Below, piece by piece: positions 50,684 through 64,000 of a DNA stretch of 64,000 nucleotides. The DNA lies in assembly GCF_006345805.1 (NCBI RefSeq), contig NC_042998.1:42718001-42782000 (forward strand), given 5' to 3'. Below the pieces are notes generated by a model, which saw only the letters and a list, made by a program, of their open reading frames with translations, searched no databases and was not told the DNA's origin. Source of the DNA: Octopus sinensis (Eukaryota). Position numbers and translations under genes: made by a program. Each line of letters opens with the position of its first letter. Positions within the stretch are counted from its first letter, which is position 1.

Positions 50684-51553
50684 TGCATAAATAAACAGGA
50701 AGTATATCCACCTCAGTGGTTAGCTATCAATACATTGCATTCTTCAAAAATTCCATGCTTCCCAATATTTGCCAATAACTACTCCTGACATGCCTATGCA
50801 CCCTTTTGTCTTTATAACTCTTTTACTGTTCCTTTTCTATCTTTTTGTGTTTGATTTTGGAGTTCATAGTTGTGTTCCTTTACTTGACTTATTGCTGTTT
50901 TCTGCCCTTGCTTTTGCCATTTTCCAATGAGTTATAATGCACCTGATCACTCTATATAAAAAGCTCAAGTTAATGAGGCAATGAATAACAAGGCAAAGAG
51001 TCCACAGTTTGTATGCTATCATCAGTAGTAAGTTTAGTCCGTGGCTTGTAGACACTCAGCTGTTAATGTTAACTATAAATATGAATAGATACAGTTAGAG
51101 TTATAATTCACAGAAGTATACAGCAAAAGCATTGTTGGATTCTTCCGAGGACAAAAACCTACATGTACTAAATAAACATTATGTCCCATGAAATGTTTGT
51201 ACTCTATTGAAACCGAACATAAAGACTAGCCATATGGGTCCTTCTGTCTCAGAACAGGATTCCATTTTCATTTTAGACCAATGGAATATATATTGAGTAA
51301 AACTAACAAAAATATGATATAAATCATTTGTTTCTTTTCCAAAATCATACTAGACATAAGTTTTAATTATGTGGTTTGTATATGCGTGTGTGTGTAAGGG
51401 TGCATGAGTGAAGAATAACAAAAATGACCATGTGTCTGGTTAAAAAGTTTTATAGTGATTTTTTCTAAACATTAATATTGTCTTTTTCTTTTTGATATAT
51501 TAAAGATGAAGTTTATATATATATTAAAATATATCAAATATTATAATAAATTC

Positions 51554-51594
<41 letters not shown>

Positions 51595-53313
51595 TTTCAA
51601 ATTTTGGCACAAGGCAAGCAATTTCTGGGAAGGATAAACCAATTACATTGACTTCAGAGGTCAACTGGTACTTGTTTTATTAACCCCTAAAAGGATGAAA
51701 GATATAGTCAACCTTGGCAGGATTTGAACTTAGAATGTAAAGACCGTCAAAATGCTGCTAAGCATTTTGGCCAACATGCCATACATTTATGTTGTATATC
51801 AAAAATATATTAAGTGTATTAAATTTATATATATTAAAAATACATAAAATATTAACAAAAGATATGTTAAAAAATAAAACCATATTGTTCAAAAATTTCA
51901 GGTATTTTATACTCTTTTAACTATCAAAATTTTATTAAGAAAGACTACTTAACAAAATTAAGTAGTTAGAGAAAGATAAAGATGTATGACTGAGCAGAGC
52001 ATAGTTAGATAAGCTTTTATGAGTTGCATATTTCAGTATGTATTATAGACTTTCAATTATTATTCAATTTTGTCTGGTGAAATACTTTAAAACTAAATTC
52101 TCCTGCATGGAAATCGACCTTTGATATGACATGGGCATAACTGTTGGATAGTCATATAAGGTTGTTCATTTTTTTTTTGTTACATACTTGGCTTTCCATT
52201 GTTATATGTTTAAAAAGAGGTAAAATTTATTCAAATTTCAAAGACAATAAGCAAAAACTGCAGAGAAAGAATAGAGCGACAAAAAAATAAGCTTAAATCA
52301 CTGCAATAAAAATAGTTTTTGTGTTAATTTAAATAACATTGGAAAGGATTCAATAGGTAGGAAAAAAGAAAAAAACTGAATGATTTTACTTGACAATCCA
52401 ATATTACAATATTTTTGGAGTATCTACAAATGTATAGTAATGAATATTGTTTGCATAACATGATTGTAAAAATCAGTTATTTTTTTCTCCCTTCCTCCTT
52501 TACACACACACACACACTACACAACTAGTGAAAAACGCCTTTTGTGAAAAGCATAAATTTGAATGAATGAATTCAACCAGCTCATAACTAATGATACAAC
52601 CAAAGTTTTTATTTTCTGTTAAACTATTAATTCTCTTTGTACTTATTCTGCTGCATCTCTGCCTCTTTCCACCATACATGCATCTTTCTCCTCATTTTTT
52701 TTTTTATAATTTTATGTTGGTTTCAAGTTTTGGTACAAAGCCAGCAATTTTGGGGAAGAGGTTAAGTTGCTTACATTGATCCCAGTGCTCAACTGGTACT
52801 TATTTTATCAACCCCAAAAGGATGAAAGGCAAAGTTGACATGGGTGGGATTTGAACTTATAGTAATAATTTTTTCTGCTATAGGCATAAGGTCTGAAATT
52901 TTTGGGGAAGCACCTAGTCAATTACATCAACCCCAGTGCTCAACTGGCACTTACTTTATCAACCCTGAAAAGATGAAAGACAAAGTAATCCTCAGCAAAA
53001 TTTGAGCTCAGATTGTAAAACCAGAAGAACTGTTGCGAAGCATTTTGTCCAGTATGCTAATGAATCTGCTAGCTCGCTGATTGTCACCTGTGCTGGCATC
53101 ACAATAAATTTATGACACTACCAGATCCTCGAAACATATGTGGTGGAGTTTATTCTGTTAAAGGGATTGGAAAAATACCCTTCCCCTCTTGGTTCCTTCT
53201 TTGCTTCCAATTTTCCTCCCAAACATTGACTTACTTATGATCAGACATGACCAATCTCACCCGTCAAAGAAAGTCTATCAAACATCATGGACGCTATTCC
53301 TCCTCCTCCAACA

Positions 53314-53345
<32 letters not shown>

Positions 53346-54519
53346 CACCACCACTACTACTTAACTATTTCAATTCTATACACACACAAAGACACTAACA
53401 ACATATTTTCGTTTCTTTGTTATTATTTTATTCATAAAATGATTTTAAAATTAATTATTGCTTTCTTTTTAGAATAACTAACTCGGATATATCTACTTCT
53501 TCTAAAACCAGAAAGAAAGAAGAGGTTGCTTAACATTTCCGGCAACAATGATAAAATATGAAGAAATTATTGGAAATAGTTGTGTGACATCAATGAAAAG
53601 AATGAAATTACATACATATTTATTTAGAAAAATAATTGCAAAAATAACAAACATATAATAATATATTGCTTATTTTTCTAAATATTATCTAAATTAATTA
53701 TCAAGTCATCAAAAAGTTTTTTCCTACATCTTGTGCAACAAAATATTATTGGTCTTTGAAATTTATTAGTAACCAATATCAATAAATATTGTATGATACC
53801 TTTGTAACTGCTTGTTGTCACACACAGTATATTCAGATATATATTCATTCTACAAAATAATATTCAGAACCAAATCTGTGCTGCTCATAAAATAATATCT
53901 CTTTACCTTTTTGTAGCTATAGCACAAATATTTTTTATCTACAACACACCTTCAGTCAACAAACTGGCATCCAGTCAACAATATTATTCCAATTAGTAAA
54001 TTAATAATAAAATATCAATAATAATGAACGTTTTCAACTGTTGTATTGAAAATAAATTCCCTTTTTATAAGGTGATTAAGAATCGCCTGCTAAATAATGC
54101 AAAAGATCTTCTGAAATCTACCTGAAAAATTATATTTTTAACTTGGAATACAATTTTCGCTGTTTCTCTTCCAAATTGTTGGTCTACATCTATGAAGTTG
54201 TTTCTCTTCCAAATTGTTGGTCTACATCTATGAAGTTTGATATATGCAAAAAACATTGATTGGATAATATTTTATTCAGATTTTATTCAAGACAACATAT
54301 TTTTGTACTATAGTTCAATTTATTTCTTAGCTTTCTCTTTCTCTTTCTGTGACTTCCTAACTCCGTGCGCGTGTGCGCGCACGCATATACACTCTCACAC
54401 AAACACATATATATGTATGCATATCTATATTTCTCTCTTTTGCTGTTATTGTTGCTCTTATTGCTGCTGTTGATAAAAATTTAAGCATTATAACTGATTT
54501 TTAACTGATTGCTTTGTGA

Positions 54520-55467
54520 ATGGATAACCTAACCATGGAAGAAGTGAACTCCGACAGCTCGTGTGATTTTGCACGTTGCTGGACTGTTGCCCTTCAGGTC
54601 ACCTTATTGGGACTAATCTCAGCTGTGGGCACATTCAGCAACTCTTTAGTCATCCTGGCTATATTTTTGTTTGATGAACTTCGAACCAAAGCAAAGTCTT
54701 TTGTATGTAATTTAGCTGTCGCTGATCTGATTTTGTGCCTCTTCGTAATTCCTCTACGTACAATGATGATGTTTGCCAGACAACCTTTTGGCTTATGTCA
54801 TGTAACGGTGGTAGCACAAGCCACCTTCGTCTATACTTCAATAAATACACTAGCTGCCATTTCATATAATCGTTTTGTATTGACGATGAAGACCAGGTCT
54901 CAGTACGAGAACACTTTTACTAAACGTAACGTGTTCCTCATTTTATCAACAGTTTGGTGTTTGGCTTTTGGTGCTTCCTTCATGGCTGTCATGTGGACTG
55001 GAGCACTTAATGTCACCTATGACAACAAGACACGTGCATGTGTGTTTTTGAGAGGAAATGCAACAATTTCAGCCCTTCTGATGGTGCCACTATCATTACT
55101 CTTTTCACCGTTGTTATTAACTCTTTATTTCTATGCCCGTATTTTTTACTATGCTCGTCACTCCGCTGTGTCAGTAACTGGCCATCGCCCAGATGACATT
55201 AGTTTCACTTACAAATTGTGTTGCATCACCATTCTTTTCGGAATTTTAAACTTCCCAGCTTGCATTTTGGCTGTAGTACAGGTATTTAGTAGTCCGGATG
55301 CAAATGAAGTTTTGATTCGTTTTTCCATCATCATCCAGCTACTTAATTCTGCTGTCAACCCAGTTATATATGGATGGAAAGTGCCAAAATTTCGAAATGC
55401 GTTTATTCGGATGTTACGTTTGAATACTTGTTTCAAAAGGGCCACAGTGCAGCCTATTAACCACTGA
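54520..55467 (+). CDS. Rhodopsin-like (class A) GPCR, single coding exon, 315 aa; resembles the melatonin receptor/Tre1/Moody/GPR84 group; orphan
   Basis: Seven hydrophobic segments: TM1 GTFSNSLV, TM2 NLAVADL, TM3 C...ISYNRF, TM4 W, ECL2 Cys (TRACVF), TM5 FYARIF, TM6 FGILNFP, TM7 NSAVNPVIYGW, helix 8 FRNAF. N-glycosylation sequons present. AATAAA at 55548 and 55679. Confidence 0.93.
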   Translation: MDNLTMEEVNSDSSCDFARCWTVALQVTLLGLISAVGTFSNSLVILAIFLFDELRTKAKSFVCNLAVADLILCLFVIPLRTMMMFARQPFGLCHVTVVAQATFVYTSINTLAAISYNRFVLTMKTRSQYENTFTKRNVFLILSTVWCLAFGASFMAVMWTGALNVTYDNKTRACVFLRGNATISALLMVPLSLLFSPLLLTLYFYARIFYYARHSAVSVTGHRPDDISFTYKLCCITILFGILNFPACILAVVQVFSSPDANEVLIRFSIIIQLLNSAVNPVIYGWKVPKFRNAFIRMLRLNTCFKRATVQPINH

Positions 55468-56589
55468 CAAGAATCTCTGTAAAAATATATAAATGGAAAA
55501 AAATTAAAAATTAAAAAAACTGTAATATTACAATTTTAAAATTAAGTAATAAAGAAAACTTCCCAGAAATATTTTCAGAAATATTTGAAAACTAAGAGCA
55601 TTCAGGTTAATAAGAAAATTAGATTTTTTTTTTTTTTGTATGAAAATAACTGTGAAATGTGTAACTTTTTATTGCTAAAATAAAGTTGTTAAATATGAAA
55701 TATTTGGTTTGGGCTTTCAATTGAGCTGAATGAAATTGTCGAAAACTCAACAATATTCTATTTGCAATGTTTGCACACCGATAGATTATTGGTTGAAATT
55801 GCGTTGCTGTTTTCTTTTAATTTTGGTTTGTAAACGATCATCTAATATCGATTTGGTTATTGCAACTTCCTTTGTTTACAGATGCTATGGTATTATAAGC
55901 CTCAAATCAATTTTGATTCAGAAATTCTTTTATTATATAAACCTAAGTCTACTTTCCTAATAAATTATTTTTTATTAGGCAATCAAAACATCTATTTTAA
56001 ATGAGCACTGTTCTGATGAAGTAGCCACAGGTCTAGATAATTGTATGAACATTTAGAAATCTGAGTATGAGTCTGACTTGTGTTTGAAGTCTTTTACAGT
56101 GGAAATCAGATGTATCTGCTCAAAATCTCATTACCTTTGCAGAAATAACCTTAATCTATCTTTTGTTGAGTTATGTCAAATTTATTGAGGTAACGTGACC
56201 TACACAAAATATCCAGTCTATATAGTCTAGATATTTAACATGATTATAGAAATAACCATGAAATTTACTTTTACAGTTAAATGATTAATCTAGAGATAAT
56301 TATGGACTTAAATGTTCTCTTGCCATCGTATGATTTTAGGTTATTTCAGAAACTGATGATTTGGGTTTGTTTGGGATTTTGCTTTCTTTTCATGTTTAGT
56401 ACTTTCATAAATTAAATATTTTTTCTGGTGATGGGTACTTTGTGAGAGCCAATCAATCTAAGACCCAGTTTTAGTTACTGGAGAAAATCATTTTACATAC
56501 TTGAGAAGACATGCATGTGACAATTGCATATTTTACTTCTAAAATAGTAGGTAAAATCTCTGATATAAAGAGAGATATGCTTCATCTTG

Positions 56590-57060
56590 TTGACTTACTT
56601 TGTGACGTTGCAAATATTAAAAAAAAACCACATTATTTCACACTTTAGAAAAAGCTTAAATTCAGTAGTCTGGAAATGCTAAGAAGAAAGTTAGCTTGAG
56701 AGTGTTGTTGTTTCAGCCATGGGTAAAAGTCCTGTAAGAAAGGATTTAGAAGTGAATTCAGTAATGAATTAAGTGTACAGATTGGTGTAGATCTGTCATT
56801 AGTTCCCTTCAATTTATTAGAAGACCTTAAAACAAGTTCTTGTGTTGGGAATTTTATATGCTAATGACCTTGTTCTCATTTATGAATCTCTTATGTTCCA
56901 AAACTAGAAGAATGGTCTAAAATTTGAAAGTTAACATTGCAAAGACTAAAGTGCTTTTGTTTGTAAGAGAGAAATTGAAGCAAGTAATGGTACCTATAAG
57001 ATGATGTGAGATCTCTGAGAGAGTGATAGAATACCAAATATACTAGATGAACTGAAGTAG
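56590..57060 (+). mobile_element. Highly degenerate LINE reverse-transcriptase fragment (RTE-like)
   Basis: ATTTTATATGCTAATGACCTTGTTCTC = ILYANDLVL (YADD relic), followed by GLK...N..KTK-like sequence. Confidence 0.55.
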
Positions 57061-57260
57061 TCATTAGAAGGACATCCATAAAATGGTCAATGAACTGCAC
57101 AGATAACTTGCTAAATGAATCAGACAGTTTCTCTGATCAATCGAACTCACTTAATGCCAGAGGATGTTGCATTTGAAATTATAGTAGTTAAAATAAGAAA
57201 AGGTGGAACTGAATTGTTGACAATGAAGAATTTCTCTCTGTATGAAAATTAGTAGAGAGT

Positions 57261-57349
<89 letters not shown>

Positions 57350-58790
57350 GGGTGTAAGCAAAACAAAGTCAGATTTCAAAATGTTTGGCTTTACAGATAT
57401 TGAAATGATGCAGGATTTAGATATATAGTTTACTGCAAACCCAACCAAACTGTGGCAGCATGGCTAAACAGATAAATGGTAGTGGTGGTGGTGGAGGAGG
57501 AGGGGGGAGGAGGTAGTGATAGTGGTGATCATTACTGATCGTAAGGATCAACATCATCATGACACTAATCATGTTCAATGGCATTGAAATCCTCTTCCAT
57601 TTCTATAAGGAATGGTACATAATATAAAAGATGCCATGCACTCAATACCAGATGATCTGCTTTGTTATTGGGCTCCTTGTCATTGATAATAAGGTCAAAA
57701 GCTTCAGTTTATCTAATAATGCATCTGACCTGATCTTTATAAACTTGTGAAATCTTTTGCATAGTCCCTACAACATGATGTAAATGTACTTGACTTAACT
57801 AATTCAAAATAGTAACCAATGGTATATTTGGTTTTCTCAGACCAATTTTCCAATCTAAATTAATCTTTTGAATGTAAAAATGCTCTTCACCATTTTCTCT
57901 TGCAATTGTTTTATACAAATATAGAAGCATTTTCTCGTTTATAATATCTTCTTGCTTTGGAACTAATTACCTGTATATGGTTTTCTTCAACATTTATTTG
58001 ACATCACAACAAACATGTGCAACATTTCAGTAACTACTAAGGTGTGCACCATCTGGATATTTTCACATTCTTTGTTAAAATAATGCAGTCATATACATTT
58101 GTGGTTTTGAAAATGTTTGTTTGATGACATAGAAGACTATTGTACATAGTATTTCCCAATCTATATGATGGGAGTTCATAAAAGAACATTGTAAATTATC
58201 AGCTACTTATAGCTTTTCTGAGCAGCAGTGTAAATTCTTTTAAATAAAGAAATAAACTATACAAATGACTATTTGCATATTATTATTGATGTTGTTGTTG
58301 TTGCTGTTGTTTAGCCTCAAGTCTGTCATAATTTAGAAGATTTATGGCAGTCATGGGCAACCTGCATCCTGTGAAGCTTTCTGAAATTACCTTGCATATT
58401 TTTTAGCAGCACAGACTGCCTGATGAGGATGAGGCATGTTTCATATAGCCCACTGCTCGAAAAAGGGATATCCATGTCAGATCTATGATCAAAAGTATCT
58501 AATCCATGATCATTCAAGCTCCCTTCTTCAGGAATGATTTATACTGGACTAAATTATTCAATGTGCCATTTTTCAAGTTAGTAAGAAAGAGGTTTGAGGG
58601 AGCATTGTCTATTTTGATAGCTAAAACAGCTTTCTAGAGGTGAACATATTGGCTCAAGAGGATTCCTCTTTCTTACTTAATGGTGGAAAAGAGGAAAAAT
58701 AAATCTGCTATATTACAGAGTCTTATGTTATAGCTTCAGGCTGACTTAAGTCTTGTGAGTAGATTTGGTAGATGGAAACTGAAAGGAGCC

Positions 58791-58839
<49 letters not shown>

Positions 58840-59054
58840 ATACATATGTGTGTGTGTGTGTGTTTGTGCTTGTCCTCCACCATTACTTGACAACTGATGT
58901 TAGTATGTTTCAATCTCTGTAACTTGGCAGTTCAACAAAAAATATCGATAAAATAAGTACCAAGCTTTACAGAAATAATAAGTACTGGACTCAATTCATT
59001 TGACACAAATTTTTCAAGGTGGTCAAATGACTGATACAAGTAAGAGATAGAAGA

Positions 59055-59060
59055 TATACA

Positions 59061-59114
<54 letters not shown>

Positions 59115-59115
59115 C

Positions 59116-59177
<62 letters not shown>

Positions 59178-59179
59178 CA

Positions 59180-59219
<40 letters not shown>

Positions 59220-59268
59220 ATATATATATATATATATACATACATACATATATATATATTATATATAC

Positions 59269-59301
<33 letters not shown>

Positions 59302-59371
59302 CATATATTATATATATACATATATTATATATATATATATACATACATACATATATATATATTATATATAC

Positions 59372-59461
<90 letters not shown>
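59055..59461. repeat. Long interrupted (AT)n microsatellite
   Basis: Direct reading. Other (AT)n at ~37360-37470 and 48934-49016; (GA)n at 50611-50666 and 57268-57344; (CA)n at 30958-31055. Confidence 0.95.
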
Positions 59462-59465
<4 letters not shown>

Positions 59466-59579
59466 ATTTTGAGTTAAAATAACTTTTGTGGCTTATAATT
59501 CTTTAATTTTTCATTAACTTTTCAAATCATGTTACATATCCCTTTCTACTATAGGTACAAGGCCTGAAATTTTTGGGAA

Positions 59580-60177
59580 AAGGTGGGGCATATGGACAAG
59601 GACAGCTGTGTAAAGAAGTGCTAATCTCTAACTGTGGAGGGAACTTGTGGAAAAGGTAAACCCAGGAAGACATGGGATGAGGTGGTGAAGCATGATCTTC
59701 GAACTTTGAGCCTCATAGAGGCAGTAACTAGTGACTGGGACATTTGGCAATGTACTGTGCTTCAGAGGACCCATCAAACCTAGTGAAATCATAATCATGG
59801 TAACTGGCACCCATGTTGGTGGCACATAAAGAACACCTTTCAAGCATTGGGCCTCACGGAGGCAAAGTGGCTGAGTTCCTTTCGAGTGTCGGACCTCATG
59901 GAGGCAATGCCTGAGATCTTTGGCATTATGTCATGCTTGAGAAGACCCATCAAGCCAAGCAAAATCACAGTTGTGACAGATACTGGTGTCACATTAAAGC
60001 ACACATTACACTTTCAGAGTAGTTGGCGTTAGGAAGGGCATTCAGCCATAGAAAACCATGCCAAAACAGACTGAAGTCTGGGGCAGCCTTCCAGTGTACC
60101 AGCCTGGTCAAACCATCCAACCCATGCCAGCATGGACAGCAGACGTTAAATGATGAGGATGATAATGATGATGATGA
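59580..60177 (+). mobile_element. RTE LINE 3' end: ORF C-terminus joined to the family D UTR
   Basis: EGTCGKGKPRKTWDEVVKHDLRTL..., followed by family D sequence and (GAT)n. This links family D to an RTE LINE. Confidence 0.8.
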
Positions 60178-62716
60178 TATATATATATATATGTATGTGT
60201 GTAGAAATACTTGGGCTGGTGCCTAAGGTTGCAGTAAACTTACTGGCAGTGAGGGATTCCTGTTCTTTGTTAAGATATCCTTCAAAGAGAAGGCTAACTC
60301 GTTTATGCAACCTGCTGCTCTACCGACCATGATATTTTGTTTTGCTTGTCTATGGGACCCTTGGTATTGCTAGTGAGAGTCATTGTGGTGTTGTGCAAGT
60401 TACACTTGACTTAAAACCCTTGCCACCACTGACACTCACCTGTCAGTGGTGGAAATGAATCAACAGCCACCCCGACTGGCCTCCGTGCCGGTGGCACATA
60501 AAAAGCACCATCCGAATGTGGCCGTTTGCCAGCCTCGTCTGGCACCTGTGCAGGTGGCACGTAAAAAGGACCCACTACACTCACGGAGTGGTTGGCTTTA
60601 GGAAGGGCATCCAGCGGTAGAAAAACTGCCAGATCAGACTGGGCCTGGTGCAGCCTTCTGGCTTCCCAGACCCCAGTTGAACCGTTCAACCCATGCTAGC
60701 ATGGAAAACAGACGTTAAACGATGATGATGATGATGATGAAGGAATTGGCCAATCCAAACTATAGTAGAAGACATTCGCTCGAAGTATCAGGAAGTGAGA
60801 TCAAACTTGAAAACTTTTGGTTGCAAAGTAAATCTCTTAACCACACAACTGTACCTGAACCTCATATATATTTATGTTTGTATGTATGTGTATATTTTTA
60901 AGAAGTTCCTTTTTCAGTTTGATCCCACTGCACTATATAAATGACTACTGATGGAGTCTGAAGTGAACCCAAGCCTGTGAATAAAATTGATAGTTGGAAA
61001 CTGTGTGGAATCCTCTCACCTCATTTTACATTACTTTGGTACCTAAATTGGAGTCAATTCTGTTGCAGGTATTTTGACAAGATTTCAGTCTGAAGATAAT
61101 GCAGTATCTTGATGCACTGCTTCCTAATGCAGTGATTCATAAACTATGTATGTAAGTGTATGTGTTTATGTATATTTCTACATATGTATCTGTGCAAATG
61201 TATGCTTGTAAGTATGCGTGTATACAAGCATATCTATATGATGTACTTATATGCCACTAGCCTTTCTGAATTATTTCTCTTAAGTCATTTTTGTTTAATT
61301 TATGCAAATTACCTTGTTCTAATCCTTTTGTGGAAGTCTAAATCCCATGGCTACAGGTGGAAGGGTAGGACAATTTTTGTTTTGATGACGCCTGCTGAAA
61401 CAGAAACACATGTTTATGATTGTCGTCTTATCACCAGACAATAAACCTGTCCTTTTCCTTTTATAACATGTTAACTTTGAAGAATTCTTATTGAGATTAT
61501 CTCCCCTCCTAATATGGTTCCGGTCTCAATTGCCATTTTGTGATTATGATACATTCTTGAGAGGTGGAGATATTTTTTTAATAAATCAAGAATTGGTTGG
61601 AAAACTCTGCTGTTGAATTAGAAACAACTGCAATGTGAAATTATATTTAAAAAATATTAAGTTCACTGTATAGTAATGTTTTTATTCATGCTGTATGACC
61701 TGAAAGTATGGATATAAATTTGCAATATGTACATTCACTTACTTGAAACACCTGATACAGAGATCAGCAACATTGTAATAAAATATTGTACTGTAATTGT
61801 ATAAGTGGTAATACATTAAAACTAACTACAAAGTTACTTATCAAAACCAGAAGTGTTTAAGCATCAGGTTATGTTTTCAAACTATATATCATATAAAATT
61901 ACTGGTGTGTTAACAGTCTTTCATTTTATTACTATAATATATTATACAACATATCTATAGATTTCATCATCATCATCATCATCATCATTTAACGTCCGCT
62001 TTCCATGCTAGCATGGGTTGGACGATTTTGACTGAGGGCTGGTGAACCAGATGGCTGCACCAGGCTCCAATCTTGATCTGGCAGAGTTTCTACAGCTGGA
62101 TACTCTTCCTAACTCCAACCACTCTGAGAGTGTTGTGGGTGCTTTTTACGTGCCAATATCTAATATTGTGTTATGATAAATGTTAGCACTATATCTATAA
62201 ACTATGTTTATGGATAGAAAAAGATGGAACTGATGATTGTATGTTTCAATTCTTGTTGAAGTTTTCCTCAGTAACTACACATTCTCTCTAGCTATCCACA
62301 AAGATACTGCTAATAAATCTTCTCTAATATTAGGGGTTAAAGCAAAGTGAATTGACCAATTTGGATATTTAACATTTCTCTTGATAGCCAGTTTCATTTC
62401 GTTGATATAATACTATATAATGTACTATAGAATATATCAATAGATTTAATAGCCAATACAGTGCATTATGATGAATGTAAACAATATGTCAATACAGTAT
62501 GTTTGTGAACAGAAAAAGAGGGAACATTTAAATCTATGTTAATTCTTGTTGGAATTTTCATCAGCACATGGACACTTTCTCTAACTATTTACAAACATAT
62601 AACTTGTAAACCTTAGAATAAATAACACTGTATGATGTGGCTTTGGGTGCACTATGCCTGAGAATGTGATAAGGTAGTCATAGTTGGAATACATTTGACT
62701 ACAAGTCTATACCATT

Positions 62717-63013
62717 GTTCCTTCTCGAGCCATGCCTGGCTCATAAGGGCTGGTTTCCCGGTTTCCTTGGCGTATAGGTTCCCTATCTGGATGGGACGTC
62801 AGTCCGTCGCAAGTGAGCTGCTAGATGCAGAAGGAAAGAGTGAAAGAAAGTTGTGGCGAAAGAGTTAGCAGAAGTTTGCCATTACCTTCTGCTGGAGCCG
62901 TGTAGAGCTTAGATTTTTTCACTCATAAACACACAAATCACCCAGTCTGAGATTCAAACCTGTGAGCCCTCGACCGCGAGTCCGCTGCTCTAACCACTAG
63001 TCCATGTGCCTCC
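62717..63013 (-). mobile_element. SINE, family B head with a different tail
   Basis: TSD ACAAGTCTATACCATT at 62701-62716 and 63014-63029. Confidence 0.85.
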
Positions 63014-64000
63014 ACAAGTCTATACCATTAGGACTGGCCAGGTGATATACAACAAAAAGTGCTTCCCAACTATTTCTATGAACTAATGGAATAAAGATGT
63101 ATGAAAATGATTGTGGTTTACAGGATTCATATAAATCCATTCTAGATAAATTCCTTGTAGATAGTTTGACTTGTGTCATGTTATTACTAAACAATCATCC
63201 ATGACAAAATCCATGTTTCATGTTCAGTTACACTGCATGGCATCTTGGGCAAGTATATTCTGCTATAGCCCCAGCTATGTGAGTGAATTTGGTAGATGGA
63301 AATTGTGTGGAAGCCTATTGTGTGGAAGCCTGTTGTGTGTGTGTGTGTGTGTGCTTGACAACCGGAGTTGGTGTGTTCAACTAAACTTTTCAAGGTGGTG
63401 CCCCAGCATGGTCACAGTCCAATGACTGAAAAAAAAAAACAAAATAAAAAGTGTAACAAAAATAATATGAAGAGAGAAAAGCAGATAGAAATAAACAAGA
63501 CAATACATTAAAATGTTTAAATTGTAAACTTTATTTATAAACAGTTGACCTATTAGATCACTGCACACTTTTCAGAGGCCAACCTTCTACAAGAAGGCAC
63601 TCAGTGGAATTCCGTAGAGATTACAAATAAACTGTAGGGAGAAATGTAATTGTTTATTAAAGGGGCCAATTCATTGATTTATTCATTTATGAAATTCAAT
63701 CACTTGATGCCAAAACTTCATGTGTCAGGGGAAGATCAAGGATTCAACTGCTTAACATAACATGGAACTCTACCTCCAACCAAAGCTGATTCGGTAACAG
63801 CAGTAGTGGTAGGAGTGAGGGAGTTGATAACAATGATGATGAAGATGATTGTGGAGATGGTGATGATGAATATGCAGATGAGAAAGATTATGATAATGTT
63901 TATATTTTTATTGTAATTAGTCATGTCGTCTTAGGAAGAGGCTTTGTTTCTTTGCATTCAGGCCTATCAAACTGGGCTAAACTGGACTATATAGTGCACA

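Noticed and set aside
56013-56060. Other CTGATGA occurrences (also near 7508, 44925 on minus, and 58420)
   Set aside because: No convincing stem II-GAAA-stem I arrangement around them.

Overview
AT-rich, repeat-dense animal genomic DNA. The SINE/LINE/MITE repertoire looks like an Octopus genome; this is recognised from memory, not from a search. Two protein-coding genes are supported. (1) IBA57/CAF17, the mitochondrial Fe-S assembly factor, on + with six coding exons (5180-5689, 8701-8829, 11500-11671, 17805-17930, 21628-21727, 25574-25778). All introns are GT-AG and phase-consistent, giving a 1242-nt CDS (413 aa) with the [12 protein letters not shown] signature. (2) A single-coding-exon class A GPCR (54520-55467, +) with NRF in place of DRY. 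The rest is several tRNA-derived SINE families, RTE and R4/Dong-type LINE fragments, mariner, Tc1-like, Tigger and piggyBac-type DNA elements, and microsatellites. Most small ORFs in the track are repeat artefacts. The most interesting signals are RNA structures. At 34069-34569, two tandem minimal hammerhead motifs of Penelope type sit 388 nt apart and enclose an 85-aa ORF with a hydrophobic stretch and a 2A/StopGo-like VEPNPGP motif. At 17356-17396, an apparently intact minimal hammerhead caps a long rod-like stem inside a fold-back element on the sense strand of IBA57 intron 3. All structures were paired by eye; none was folded computationally or tested.
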